Below are positions 34,489 to 43,890 of a stretch of 64,000 nucleotides of DNA, piece by piece (within the stretch, counting starts at the first letter, position 1; each line of letters begins with the position of its first letter). This DNA is from an uncultured Oscillospiraceae bacterium (lineage in GTDB: Bacteria; Bacillota; Clostridia; Oscillospirales; JAAYXM01): the NCBI GenBank assembly GCA_934646115.1, contig CAKUEM010000001.1:22889-86888 (forward strand), written 5' to 3'. A program made the translations under genes and the position numbers. Under the pieces are notes generated by a model that saw only the letters and a program-made list of their open reading frames with translations, searched no databases and was not told where the DNA came from.

Positions 34489-35190
34489 ATGAATACCAAG
34501 GTGTTAGTGGTGGAAGATGACGCGAATATCGCCGAGCTGATCCACCTGTATCTGGAAAAAGACGGCTATGAGGTGGCTCATGCGGAGGACGGGCTGGACG
34601 CGGTGGAAAAATTCCGCGAGTTTGACCCGGATATCATCCTGCTTGACATCATGCTCCCAAAGCTGGACGGCTGGGGCGTATGCCGCGAGATCCGCAAAAC
34701 CAGTAACGTCCCCATCATCATGCTGACCGCGAAGGATGAAACATTTGACAAGGTCATGGGGCTTGAGATCGGCGCGGATGATTATATTTCAAAGCCGTTT
34801 GAAATGAAGGAGGTCATCGCGCGCATCCATGCGGTGCTGCGCCGCACGGCGCAAAAGGAAGAAGCGCCAAAGACGCATGTGCTGCGCTTTGACAATCTCG
34901 TGATCGATATGGACGCCTATCAGGTCGAGATCCGGGGGGAGCGCGTGGAGCTGCCGCCCAAGGAGCTTGAGCTTTTAAACTATCTCGCCTCGCATCCGAA
35001 CCGCGTGTTCACGCGCAACCAGCTGCTGGACGATGTGTGGGGCTTTGAATACTTCGGCGACTCGCGCACGGTGGACGTGCATGTCAAGCGCCTGCGTGAG
35101 AAGATCGATGGGGTGAGCGATCAGTGGTCGCTCAAAACCGTTTGGGGCGTCGGCTATAAATTTGAGGTGGCAGAGCCTGCCAAAGCATGA
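34489..35190 (+). CDS. OmpR/PhoB-family response regulator
   Basis: Motifs VLVVEDD, IILLDIMLPKLDGW and the winged-helix TVWGVGYKF. Confidence 0.95.
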   Translation: MNTKVLVVEDDANIAELIHLYLEKDGYEVAHAEDGLDAVEKFREFDPDIILLDIMLPKLDGWGVCREIRKTSNVPIIMLTAKDETFDKVMGLEIGADDYISKPFEMKEVIARIHAVLRRTAQKEEAPKTHVLRFDNLVIDMDAYQVEIRGERVELPPKELELLNYLASHPNRVFTRNQLLDDVWGFEYFGDSRTVDVHVKRLREKIDGVSDQWSLKTVWGVGYKFEVAEPAKA

Positions 35191-35201
35191 GGGTGTAACG
35201 C

Positions 35202-36626
35202 ATGAGGCAAAGCTTACTATATAAATATTTCCTGCTCAGCGCCACGCTGATTTTGATCGGCTTCATCATTCTCGGCGGCGGGCTGTCCCTGCAGGTTTAT
35301 AAATATTCCGTCGGCGAGAAGGAGCATAATTTAGAGCAGGTCGCGGTGCGCGTGTCGAACCTGACGACCGATGTGATGACGCAGTTCAGCTCCATCCGGC
35401 AGCAAACGTTTCAGCTTCTGCTCTCCACCATGATGGATAACGGCAACCTGCACGCGATCCTCTGTGGGCTGGACGGGCGCGTTCTCGTCACGTCGGACAG
35501 CGGCGATAACGCGCAAAATGTGTATGTGCAATCCAATATTGTGAAAAAAATTACGGATGATGGGCGCTTTTCCGGCTTTGGCACGCTTGGCGGGCTGTAT
35601 AAGGGGCAGAATTTTACTGTGGGCGTGCCGTATCGCGACACGAACGGCAACGTGGCAGGCTGCGTTTTGGTCACGACCTCGATGTCTGACATGAGCGAGC
35701 TGCTTGTGGATATCACGCGGATGTTTTTGATCTCGGCGCTTCTTGTCTTTGTGTTTACCGCGGGGCTTTCGTTCTTCGCGGCGCGCAGCATGACCCGCCC
35801 GATCAAGCAGATCTCTACCGCCGCGAAAAGCTTTGCGCGCGGCGATTTCAAGGTGCGCGTCCCCGTGACGAGTACGGACGAGATCGGCGAGCTGACCTGT
35901 GCGTTCAACAACATGGCAGATTCGATCGAAAAATCCGAGGAGCTGCGCCGCACGTTCGTCGCCAATGTGTCGCACGAGCTGCGCTCGCCCATGACCTCGA
36001 TCGGCGGCTATGTGGACGGCATTCTGGACGGGACGATCCCGCCCGAGCGCGAGCATCAGTATCTCGAGGTGATCTCAAGCGAGGTGCGCCGCCTGTCGCG
36101 CCTGGTCAGCCGTATGCTGAATATTACGCGCATTCAGGCGGAGGATATGTCCTCCGGCGCGGTCAAATATGATTTTTGCGAGCAGGTGCGCCGCGTGATC
36201 ATCGGCTTCGATTCCCGCCTGGAGGAGAAGAAGCTGCAGCTTGCGGTGTCGTTCTCTGCGGATTCGATCGAGCTGTTTGCCAACGAGGATTCGATTTTTC
36301 AGGCGGTGTATAACCTGACCGAGAATGCTATCAAATTCTCCGAGGTGGGCGGGACGATCGCAATCGACGTCAGCACGCACGCCGGAAAGCTCTGGTTTTC
36401 TATCCGCAACCACGGCGCGGATATCCCCGCTGATGAGCTGCCCTATGTGTTTGACCGATTCCATAAAACCGACCGATCGCGCGCGAACGACAAATCCGGT
36501 CTGGGTCTCGGGCTATATATCGTGAAAACTATTATCAACCAGCATCATGGCGATGTGGGCGCTTCCAGCCTGCATGGCGACACGGAATTTTATTTCTCGC
36601 TGCCGCTCGAGCAGAAGGGGCGCTGA
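35202..36626 (+). CDS. Sensor histidine kinase (2 TM, HAMP, HisKA, HATPase_c)
   Basis: H-box SHELRSPMTSI, N-box NLTENAIKFS, G-box GLGLGLYIVK. Confidence 0.9.
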   Translation: MRQSLLYKYFLLSATLILIGFIILGGGLSLQVYKYSVGEKEHNLEQVAVRVSNLTTDVMTQFSSIRQQTFQLLLSTMMDNGNLHAILCGLDGRVLVTSDSGDNAQNVYVQSNIVKKITDDGRFSGFGTLGGLYKGQNFTVGVPYRDTNGNVAGCVLVTTSMSDMSELLVDITRMFLISALLVFVFTAGLSFFAARSMTRPIKQISTAAKSFARGDFKVRVPVTSTDEIGELTCAFNNMADSIEKSEELRRTFVANVSHELRSPMTSIGGYVDGILDGTIPPEREHQYLEVISSEVRRLSRLVSRMLNITRIQAEDMSSGAVKYDFCEQVRRVIIGFDSRLEEKKLQLAVSFSADSIELFANEDSIFQAVYNLTENAIKFSEVGGTIAIDVSTHAGKLWFSIRNHGADIPADELPYVFDRFHKTDRSRANDKSGLGLGLYIVKTIINQHHGDVGASSLHGDTEFYFSLPLEQKGR

Positions 36627-36682
36627 TTCTGATCGGCGTATTTTTTTCATAAGATATACTGAGCGAAAAAAGGGGGAGCTTT

Positions 36683-37894
36683 ATGAACGACGACCGCTTT
36701 GCAGGCGAGCATTCCGCGCCGAGCGTCCCGGCATATCCGCCCATGCAGCAAAAGAAAAAACGCCGCTGGCTTCCGATCGTGATCGGCGTTGTTCTGGCAT
36801 TTTATATCGCGCTGACGTCGGTTGTGATCGGTCTGGTCATCCATTTCACGCAGACCGGGTCGGTGCAGTCACGGCACAGCGAGGTGCGCGTGCCGGATGA
36901 TTCCGTCACTGTGGAAGAGCATCTCCGGCAGGAGGAGACCCCGGTCGATACCGCGCCGCCCGCCGCAAACGGCAAGCTGAGCATCAAGGAAATTTCAAAA
37001 AAGGTGCGTCCCGCCGTGGTTGGAATCATCGCGGCCGCCAGCTCGGATTTTGGCGAAGAGAGCGTTGGCTCCGGCATAGTCATGACGCAGGATGGCTATA
37101 TCATCACCAATCACCATGTGGTGGAAAACAGCGGCAGCATCGAAGTGATTTTAGACGACGGCAGCGATTATACCGCGCGCGTGGTCGGCACGGACTCCCG
37201 CTCGGACCTCGCGGTGATCAAAATTGACGCGTCCGAGCTTTCCGCCGCCGCATTCGGCAATTCCGATCAGCTGGAGCCGGGCGATCTTGCGGTTGCCATC
37301 GGCAATCCGGCGGGCATTCAGCTGCAAAATTCCGTCACCTCCGGCATCATCTCCGCCATCAATCGCGACATTGTGATCGGCGACCGTGAAATGACCCTGA
37401 TCCAGACGGACGCATCCATCAATCCCGGCAATTCCGGTGGTCCGCTCGTCAACGAATATGGGCAGGTCATCGGCATTAACACGATCAAAATCGGTATTTC
37501 CTATTACGAAGGGCTTGGCTTTGCGATCCCGATCAACACAGCGAAGCCGATCATTGACGAGCTGATCTCCCGCGGGTATATCAAGGGTCGCCCGAGCATC
37601 GGCTTAAACGGCAGCTTTCTGACCGGGCGCGAGGCGCGCCTGCACAGCTCTGTTGAGGGCATGTATATCGAATATGTGCATCCGCAGTCTGACGCGCACC
37701 GCAAGGGCTTGCGGCGCGGCGACATCATCACGAAGGTGGACGGCGAGCTGTTTACCTCGGTCGATGCGATCAAAGCGCTTCGCAGCAGGCATAAGGCGGG
37801 CGATCAGGTGCGCCTTACCGTGTATCGCAATGGCGAGAGCGTTGAACTCTCCGTCCTTTTAATGGACGAGGCGGAGCTTAATCAGACACGTTAA
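36683..37894 (+). CDS. htrA: HtrA/DegP-family serine protease with PDZ domain
   Basis: An N-terminal TM anchor, the catalytic motifs ITNHHVV and GNSGGPLVN, and a C-terminal PDZ domain. Confidence 0.9.
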   Translation: MNDDRFAGEHSAPSVPAYPPMQQKKKRRWLPIVIGVVLAFYIALTSVVIGLVIHFTQTGSVQSRHSEVRVPDDSVTVEEHLRQEETPVDTAPPAANGKLSIKEISKKVRPAVVGIIAAASSDFGEESVGSGIVMTQDGYIITNHHVVENSGSIEVILDDGSDYTARVVGTDSRSDLAVIKIDASELSAAAFGNSDQLEPGDLAVAIGNPAGIQLQNSVTSGIISAINRDIVIGDREMTLIQTDASINPGNSGGPLVNEYGQVIGINTIKIGISYYEGLGFAIPINTAKPIIDELISRGYIKGRPSIGLNGSFLTGREARLHSSVEGMYIEYVHPQSDAHRKGLRRGDIITKVDGELFTSVDAIKALRSRHKAGDQVRLTVYRNGESVELSVLLMDEAELNQTR

Positions 37895-37899
37895 AAAGA

Positions 37900-37930
37900 G
37901 CGGCTGCACTTCCTGTGCGGCCGCCTTTTC
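37900..37930 (+). terminator. Intrinsic terminator of htrA
   Basis: gcggctgcac-ttcc-gtgcggccgc followed by cttttc. Confidence 0.65.
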
Positions 37931-37950
37931 GCGCATTTTTTCGCGCACGC

Positions 37951-37982
37951 AAAAAGGATTCGCTTTTCGGCGAATCCTTTTT
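37951..37982 (-). terminator. Intrinsic terminator of ppk (bidirectional hairpin)
   Basis: aaaaaggattcg...cgaatccttttt. The A and T runs form part of the stem ends. Confidence 0.6.
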
Positions 37983-38094
37983 GTATATGGTTTAATAGGA
38001 GGGGGGAATAATGAAAAACTACGCATCTGCTTTCTACAGTTCTTAGTATACCCATAAAATATTACGAAACAAAGCATATTTTATTAAAAAAGTA

Positions 38095-40140
38095 TTAATT
38101 TCCCGCGTGTTTCCAATGCTCATACAGCGCAAGCTGCCCCTCAAGCGCAGAGTCGCCGCTCGTCACGCGGCGATAGCTTCCATCGCGCAGAAGCTCCCAC
38201 ATGCGGCAGCGGTCGCGAAACAAAATATGCAGCATTTCAAGCAGCTCGCGTGCAAGCTCCGGGTCGCGAACCGGACACATCAGCTCCACGCGCCGCTCGG
38301 TGTTGCGCGTCATCCAGTCCGCCGACGCGATGAATACGCGCGCCGACGCACCCACCCCAAACACATACACGCGCGAATGCTCTAAAAACCGCCCAACGAT
38401 AGAAAATACGCGGATATTCTCCGTTTTTCCCGGCACGCCGGGCGCAAGACAGCAGATGCCGCGAATAAGCATCGTGATCGAAACGCCATGACTACTTGCC
38501 CGGATCAGCGCCTCGATCAGGTCACGATCGGTCAGGCTGTTCATCTTTAAAAGGATCGCGCCGCCGCGCCCGTCAAGCGCCTTGCGCTCCTCCTCGCGGA
38601 TCAGCTCCAAAAGCGCCGCCTTCAGCCGCGTGGGCGCGGGCAGCAGCGCGCGGTATGACGCATCCAGCTTGGAAAGCGACAGCGATTGGAATAGCGTCAC
38701 CGCGTCTGCCCCGATCACCGGATCGGCGGTCAGCAGCCCAAGATCAGTATACTGCCGCGCGGTTTTTTCGTTGTAATTGCCCGTTCCGATATGCGTGATC
38801 GTGCGGATCTCGCCGCCGCATTTGCGCGTGATCAAAAGGATCTTCGCATGCACCTTATAATCATCCACGCCGTAAAGCACGGTGCAGCCCGCCTCCTCCA
38901 GACGGTTCGACCAGTTGATATTATTCCGCTCATCAAACCGGGCGCGCAGCTCGAGCACAACGGTCACATCCACGCCGTTTTCCGCCGCGTCGCATAAATA
39001 CGCAATGATCTGCGACTGCTGCGCCAGGCGATACAGGCAAATTTTTATCGACACCGTGTTCGGGTCTGCCGCCGCCTCAGACAGCAGGTTAAGCAGCGGC
39101 TTCATGCTTTGATACGGAAAGAACAGCATATGATCCTTTCGCTCGATCTGCGGAATAATCGGCTCGCCGCGCTTTAAATCATGCGGCCAAACGGGTGCGA
39201 GCCGCTCAAACGCGGCATCTGCGGGCAGGCGCTCCTCCATGCTGCGCAAAAACCGATAATCCAGCGGCGACTGACTGCGCAAACACTGCCGCGCCGCAAG
39301 ACCCAGCCGCTCGCGCAGCCAGCTCTCCGCCGCGCGCGCCGCATGCCCGTATAGCTCAAGCCGAACCGGCGCCAGCTTCGTTCGCGTTTTTAAAAGCTTT
39401 TTCATAAAGCTGCGATAATCCGTCTCTTCGTCAAACAGCCCCTCAGCCACCTCAAGGTCTGCATTGCGCGTCACGCGGACGATGCATTTCTGGTCAAGCC
39501 GATAGCCCTTAAAAATCAGACCCGCATATTTTAAAAACAGGTCCGGCAGCAGCACAAACTGCTTCCCATCCGGCAAAAACACCGCAGGGTCCAGCACATC
39601 GCGCATCAAAACCAGTCCAAACTGCGCGCCGCTATGCGCCTTCGCGCGGCAGACCAGATACGACTGCAAATTTTCAAGATGCGGGAACGGATGCCGATTA
39701 TCCACCAAAACCGGCGACAGCAGCGGCAGCACCTGACGCACGAAATAGCTGCGCACAAAGCGCCGCTCCTCCGCGGATAAATTAGAAATTTTTCGGCATT
39801 GCAGACCATATGCGCCCAGCTCCTCCAGCATGGCGCGATGCGCCTCGCTCCGCTGCGCATAAAGCTGCGGCATTTCTTTATAAATCGCGTTGAGCTGCTC
39901 CTCCGCGGTCATGCCGGTTTTGGTGTCGCGCAGCGGCTTCTTGACCGCCTGCTGATCGTGCAGGCTGCCGACCCGCACCATGAAAAACTCATCGAGATTG
40001 GATGAAAAAATCGATAAAAAACGCAGCTTCTCCAAAACCGGGGTGTCGGAAAACCCGGTTTGCTCTAAAACTCTTCGGTTAAAATTAAGCCATGATAACT
40101 CTCTGTTTAAAAAACAGCCTCTATAGACCGCTGTGCTCAT
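38095..40140 (-). CDS. ppk: Polyphosphate kinase 1
   Basis: N-terminal NRELSWLNFNRRVLEQ, 681 aa, and two PLD-like C-terminal domains. Confidence 0.95.
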   Translation of the reverse strand: MSTAVYRGCFLNRELSWLNFNRRVLEQTGFSDTPVLEKLRFLSIFSSNLDEFFMVRVGSLHDQQAVKKPLRDTKTGMTAEEQLNAIYKEMPQLYAQRSEAHRAMLEELGAYGLQCRKISNLSAEERRFVRSYFVRQVLPLLSPVLVDNRHPFPHLENLQSYLVCRAKAHSGAQFGLVLMRDVLDPAVFLPDGKQFVLLPDLFLKYAGLIFKGYRLDQKCIVRVTRNADLEVAEGLFDEETDYRSFMKKLLKTRTKLAPVRLELYGHAARAAESWLRERLGLAARQCLRSQSPLDYRFLRSMEERLPADAAFERLAPVWPHDLKRGEPIIPQIERKDHMLFFPYQSMKPLLNLLSEAAADPNTVSIKICLYRLAQQSQIIAYLCDAAENGVDVTVVLELRARFDERNNINWSNRLEEAGCTVLYGVDDYKVHAKILLITRKCGGEIRTITHIGTGNYNEKTARQYTDLGLLTADPVIGADAVTLFQSLSLSKLDASYRALLPAPTRLKAALLELIREEERKALDGRGGAILLKMNSLTDRDLIEALIRASSHGVSITMLIRGICCLAPGVPGKTENIRVFSIVGRFLEHSRVYVFGVGASARVFIASADWMTRNTERRVELMCPVRDPELARELLEMLHILFRDRCRMWELLRDGSYRRVTSGDSALEGQLALYEHWKHAGN

Positions 40141-41041
40141 GGTAACCGCCCCTTTTCAGCACATACTGCTTCAAATACCCCTCGCGGATGCCCAGATCAT
40201 ACACCGTGATCGTCTCGCAGCCTGCCGCCTTTGTAATCGCACGCAGCGCGGTAATGCCCGGCAAAATAGTATGAATCCGATCCGGACAGTTTCGAATGAT
40301 GAGCATGGAATCCGCAAGCAGCGCGCGGCGCAGCTTTTTAATCTTTTGCGTATCCATCGTATAGCCGGACAGCTCGCCCGGCGCGTCAAACACCTTCATA
40401 TAAAGCTTCGCCATGGCGCGCCCGGTCCCGCCGAGCAGGTATGCGCGCGTGGCGCAGCCATGCAGCCACGGCGCCTCCTCGATGCGCTCCTTCACGTGCT
40501 TTTTGATGTCTTTCATCTCCTGCTTGGTCGGCAAAATATTTTCTACAAAATTTTTATAAAGCGACAGCGAGCCAAACGAGATCGTGCTGCTCGTCTCGCG
40601 CACGCCGTTTACAAACTGCACCAGCTCAACCGAGCCGCCGCCCAGATCGATCATCAAACCGCTCTCGCTGCCGACCGCATCGCGCAGCGCCGTGAAATCC
40701 AGCGCCGCCTCCTCTTCCCCGCTCAGCACGCGGATAGAGATCCCGGTTTGCTCTTCTACAATCGCCAGCACCTCCGCCTGATTGCTCACGCTGCGCAAGC
40801 TCGCGGTTGCAAACGCATGAAATTCATCCGCAAGCACGGTCTCCGCCGTTCTTTTAAACTGCGCAAGCGTTGTGACCAAAATATCAATTCCGTCCTGCGC
40901 AAGCGCGTCTTCTTTATTGATATAGCCCACAAGCCCCGCCGTTTGCTTCTCGCTCAGCACGCGCTGGATCTTGCCGTCCTCCACCTGATAAACGATCAGC
41001 CGAATGGTATTCGACCCAATGTCAACGATCGCGTATTTCAC
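40121..41041 (-). CDS. ppx: Ppx/GppA family exopolyphosphatase
   Basis: AIVDIGSNTIRL and DLGGGS ASKHA-fold motifs. Overlaps the ppk start by 20 nt. Confidence 0.9.
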   Translation of the reverse strand: MKYAIVDIGSNTIRLIVYQVEDGKIQRVLSEKQTAGLVGYINKEDALAQDGIDILVTTLAQFKRTAETVLADEFHAFATASLRSVSNQAEVLAIVEEQTGISIRVLSGEEEAALDFTALRDAVGSESGLMIDLGGGSVELVQFVNGVRETSSTISFGSLSLYKNFVENILPTKQEMKDIKKHVKERIEEAPWLHGCATRAYLLGGTGRAMAKLYMKVFDAPGELSGYTMDTQKIKKLRRALLADSMLIIRNCPDRIHTILPGITALRAITKAAGCETITVYDLGIREGYLKQYVLKRGGYHEHSGL

Positions 41042-41156
41042 CGCGCATTCCTCCTTATGTATTCAGTATCGCCGCTTTTATGCAAAAGCATTCCACCGCA
41101 TGTTTGTTATCTTATTATCATATAGATGGTGATATGTCAAAAAGGAGGCAACGCTT

Positions 41157-42008
41157 ATGCATTACCGGCGGCAAATTTGCTTTCTCCTCGCGGCGCTGCT
41201 GCTCATTCCGGCGGCATGGCTGCCGCAGGCTGCGCGCCAAACCTCTGGCGCGGCAGAGCAGATCACCCAGGGCGTCACGCTGCCCATCCTGATGTATCAC
41301 CAAATTTCAGAAAAACCGCAAAAATGGGGGAAATATGTGGTCTCCCCGCGCGAGCTTGAGGCGGATCTGCGCCTGATCCGGGCGCGCGGCTTCACGCCGA
41401 TCACCGTTTCCGAGCTGCGCGCCGCATTCCGCGGCGAGGCTGAACTCCCCGAAAAGCCGATCATGATCACGTTTGACGACGGCAACCGCAGCGACTATGT
41501 ATACGCCTTCCCGCTCGCCAAAAAATATGGCATGAAAATGATCTCCTCCCCGGTCGCAAGCTATTCTGAGCAGTATTCCGCGCTGGATGACCACAATGTG
41601 GATTATGCGCATCTCACCTGGGCGGAAATGCGCGAAATGCAGGCATCTGGCCTGTTTGAGTTTCAAAACCATTCCTACGATCTGCACCGTTTCGATGTCA
41701 ACCGCAAGGGCTGTTTGAAACGGCGCGGCGAAACCGAGGCGAGCTATCGCTCGCTCCTGCTCGCGGATTTTGAAAAATCGCAGGCGCTGTTTGTGGAAAA
41801 CGGGCTGCCCGCGCCGATCTGCTTTACCTATCCGTTCGGCAGCACCAATGCGCTTTTGCTGCAATATGTGAAAGAATGCGGCTTTTCCGCCACGCTCGGC
41901 ACCTATGAGCATGTCAATCACTTAACCGGCGATTCGCTGTTTGATCTCGGGCGCTTCAACCGCCCGCACGGCTATGATATCCGCCGCATTTTAAATCAGG
42001 CAGAGTGA
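41157..42008 (+). CDS. Polysaccharide deacetylase (NodB domain) family protein
   Basis: A signal peptide and ITFDDG in a NodB-type fold. An aaggagg RBS is present. Confidence 0.85.
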   Translation: MHYRRQICFLLAALLLIPAAWLPQAARQTSGAAEQITQGVTLPILMYHQISEKPQKWGKYVVSPRELEADLRLIRARGFTPITVSELRAAFRGEAELPEKPIMITFDDGNRSDYVYAFPLAKKYGMKMISSPVASYSEQYSALDDHNVDYAHLTWAEMREMQASGLFEFQNHSYDLHRFDVNRKGCLKRRGETEASYRSLLLADFEKSQALFVENGLPAPICFTYPFGSTNALLLQYVKECGFSATLGTYEHVNHLTGDSLFDLGRFNRPHGYDIRRILNQAE

Positions 42009-42838
42009 TCCGCAGAAAATAAATGCGCAAGCGCCGCCGCCACGCCGGATTCTTCGTTTGTTTTCGTCACATACGTCGCAAGCGCGCGCACCTCGGGCAC
42101 GGCGTTCCCCATCGCAACGCGCACGCCCGCCACCTCAAACATGCTGATATCATTCGGGCTGTCGCCAAACACTGCAACCTCCTGCAGCGGAACGCCTTCG
42201 CGCTCTGCCAGCGCGGCGACCGCATCACCCTTCGTGGTCGCCTGTGCCATGATATCGATCAGACCCTCACCCGAGCTGACGATTGTAAGCGCATGATCAC
42301 GGTTAAAACGTGCCGCGATCTCAGAAAACCGCGCCGCATCGCCCAGCACCAAAAGCTTGATCGCAGTGGAAAAATCGCCGTCATCCGCATCGTCCATGCA
42401 CCGAACGGGAACCAGAAAATCCCGGCTGCGCGCCGGGTCCGCGCGCAGCGCCTCGTTATAGCGCAAATACCCCTCGATGCGGCGGCTGCCCGCCGTGTAG
42501 CAAATATGCGCCGCGGTGTACATCAGATAATCCAGCCGCTCTGCCTCGCAAAATGCGGCGATTTCTCTCGCGCGCGCGGGCATCAGATAGGAAACATGCA
42601 GGATCTCCTCGGTGCCCGGCATGCTCATCACACCGCCATTGCAAGTGATCACCGGAATTTTTATTTGAAGCCGGTCAATATACTCGCGAATTTGTAAATG
42701 CGAGCGCCCGGTTGCGATTGTCGCCAACACACCTTGCTGCTGCAAGGCAAGAACGGCGCGCTCATTTTCCGGCGTGATTTTCTTTTCGCGGTTGAGCAGC
42801 GTTTCATCCAAATCAAATACGCAAAGACGTGGCGTCAC
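41996..42838 (-). CDS. Cof-type HAD-IIB phosphatase
   Basis: Motifs VFDLDETLL (DxD) and GDSPNDISM. The GTG at 42838 lies 9 nt after aaaggag. The longer ORF-track start has no support. Confidence 0.85.
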   Translation of the reverse strand: MTPRLCVFDLDETLLNREKKITPENERAVLALQQQGVLATIATGRSHLQIREYIDRLQIKIPVITCNGGVMSMPGTEEILHVSYLMPARAREIAAFCEAERLDYLMYTAAHICYTAGSRRIEGYLRYNEALRADPARSRDFLVPVRCMDDADDGDFSTAIKLLVLGDAARFSEIAARFNRDHALTIVSSGEGLIDIMAQATTKGDAVAALAEREGVPLQEVAVFGDSPNDISMFEVAGVRVAMGNAVPEVRALATYVTKTNEESGVAAALAHLFSADHSA

Positions 42839-43890
42839 TCGCGCCCACTCCTTTCTGTCCGCCGGGCGGTCGCGCCCGGAATCAGCCGCAATGGCGCGAC
42901 ATCCCTGCCGCACAATACTTTGCGGAAGCAAGCCCTGTTGCCGGGGCTTTTTTATTTTGCGCAAAATAAGCGGCTTTCTGTTTTCTATTATCCCATATCA
43001 TGGCGTAAATTGCAATTACAGGCGCGTCATTTCTTTATAAAATTCGCGTAAAAAGTGCATGCCGAATCTGCCTACGCAGGTCTTTGCCCGGTTTGCGATA
43101 TCCGCCCGGCGCGCAGATGCACCCTATGTGCATCTATACTGCATGCATCTGACATCTCGGAACAGCGCGCAGCTTCTCCATTGCCGCCATGCTGCATGCA
43201 GCAAGCGCTGCGAAAAGCAGCATCCCGCAATATTGTCTGCGCGCTTATATGCCGCACCACGACCTCATTCAAGGATTCCCGCGCTTCGCCGCACCCGGCA
43301 CAGCATTCACAACGATAATTGCTCGCTCCCATAGGAAATGGTCGCCTGATCGACTCATTGTTTTCACCGCCTCACGATTGCCCGCTGCCTATCGCGCCCG
43401 CCATACACGCGCATAATGCGCATCATGCAACAAGATGTCCCCACGGCGTGCGCCGCATGGCAAGATACGCATCACATGGAATATGACAAAGTACGCGCCA
43501 AGAAGTTCCGCGCAACGCACAGCATATGGCAAGGCGCCTTGCCCGGCGGGTCCATCAAAAAATATCGATATTTTTTACGCGCGGCATCTATAATGCTGGA
43601 TATCTTTTTTATTAACCGATCGAATCTTCTTTTTTTCATATTTTATCTGTTTTTTTGGCAATTCCCTCTTTTCTTTTTTAAAAAATGCATGTATAATAGG
43701 GTTGCTAAAAAAATTATTCCCTGATTATCAGGCGTTTTCTATTGCTTTGCCCCTTTTGCGAGCAAAGCGGCGGATTCTTTTGCCCCGTGGCGCAGCACAC
43801 ACCTTTGCCGGGCGCAGCAAGAATCAATAATTCTAATGACCCAGTAAAAAATTTAAATACCTATATTTCTGCTACAGGAGAGAATTCAGC

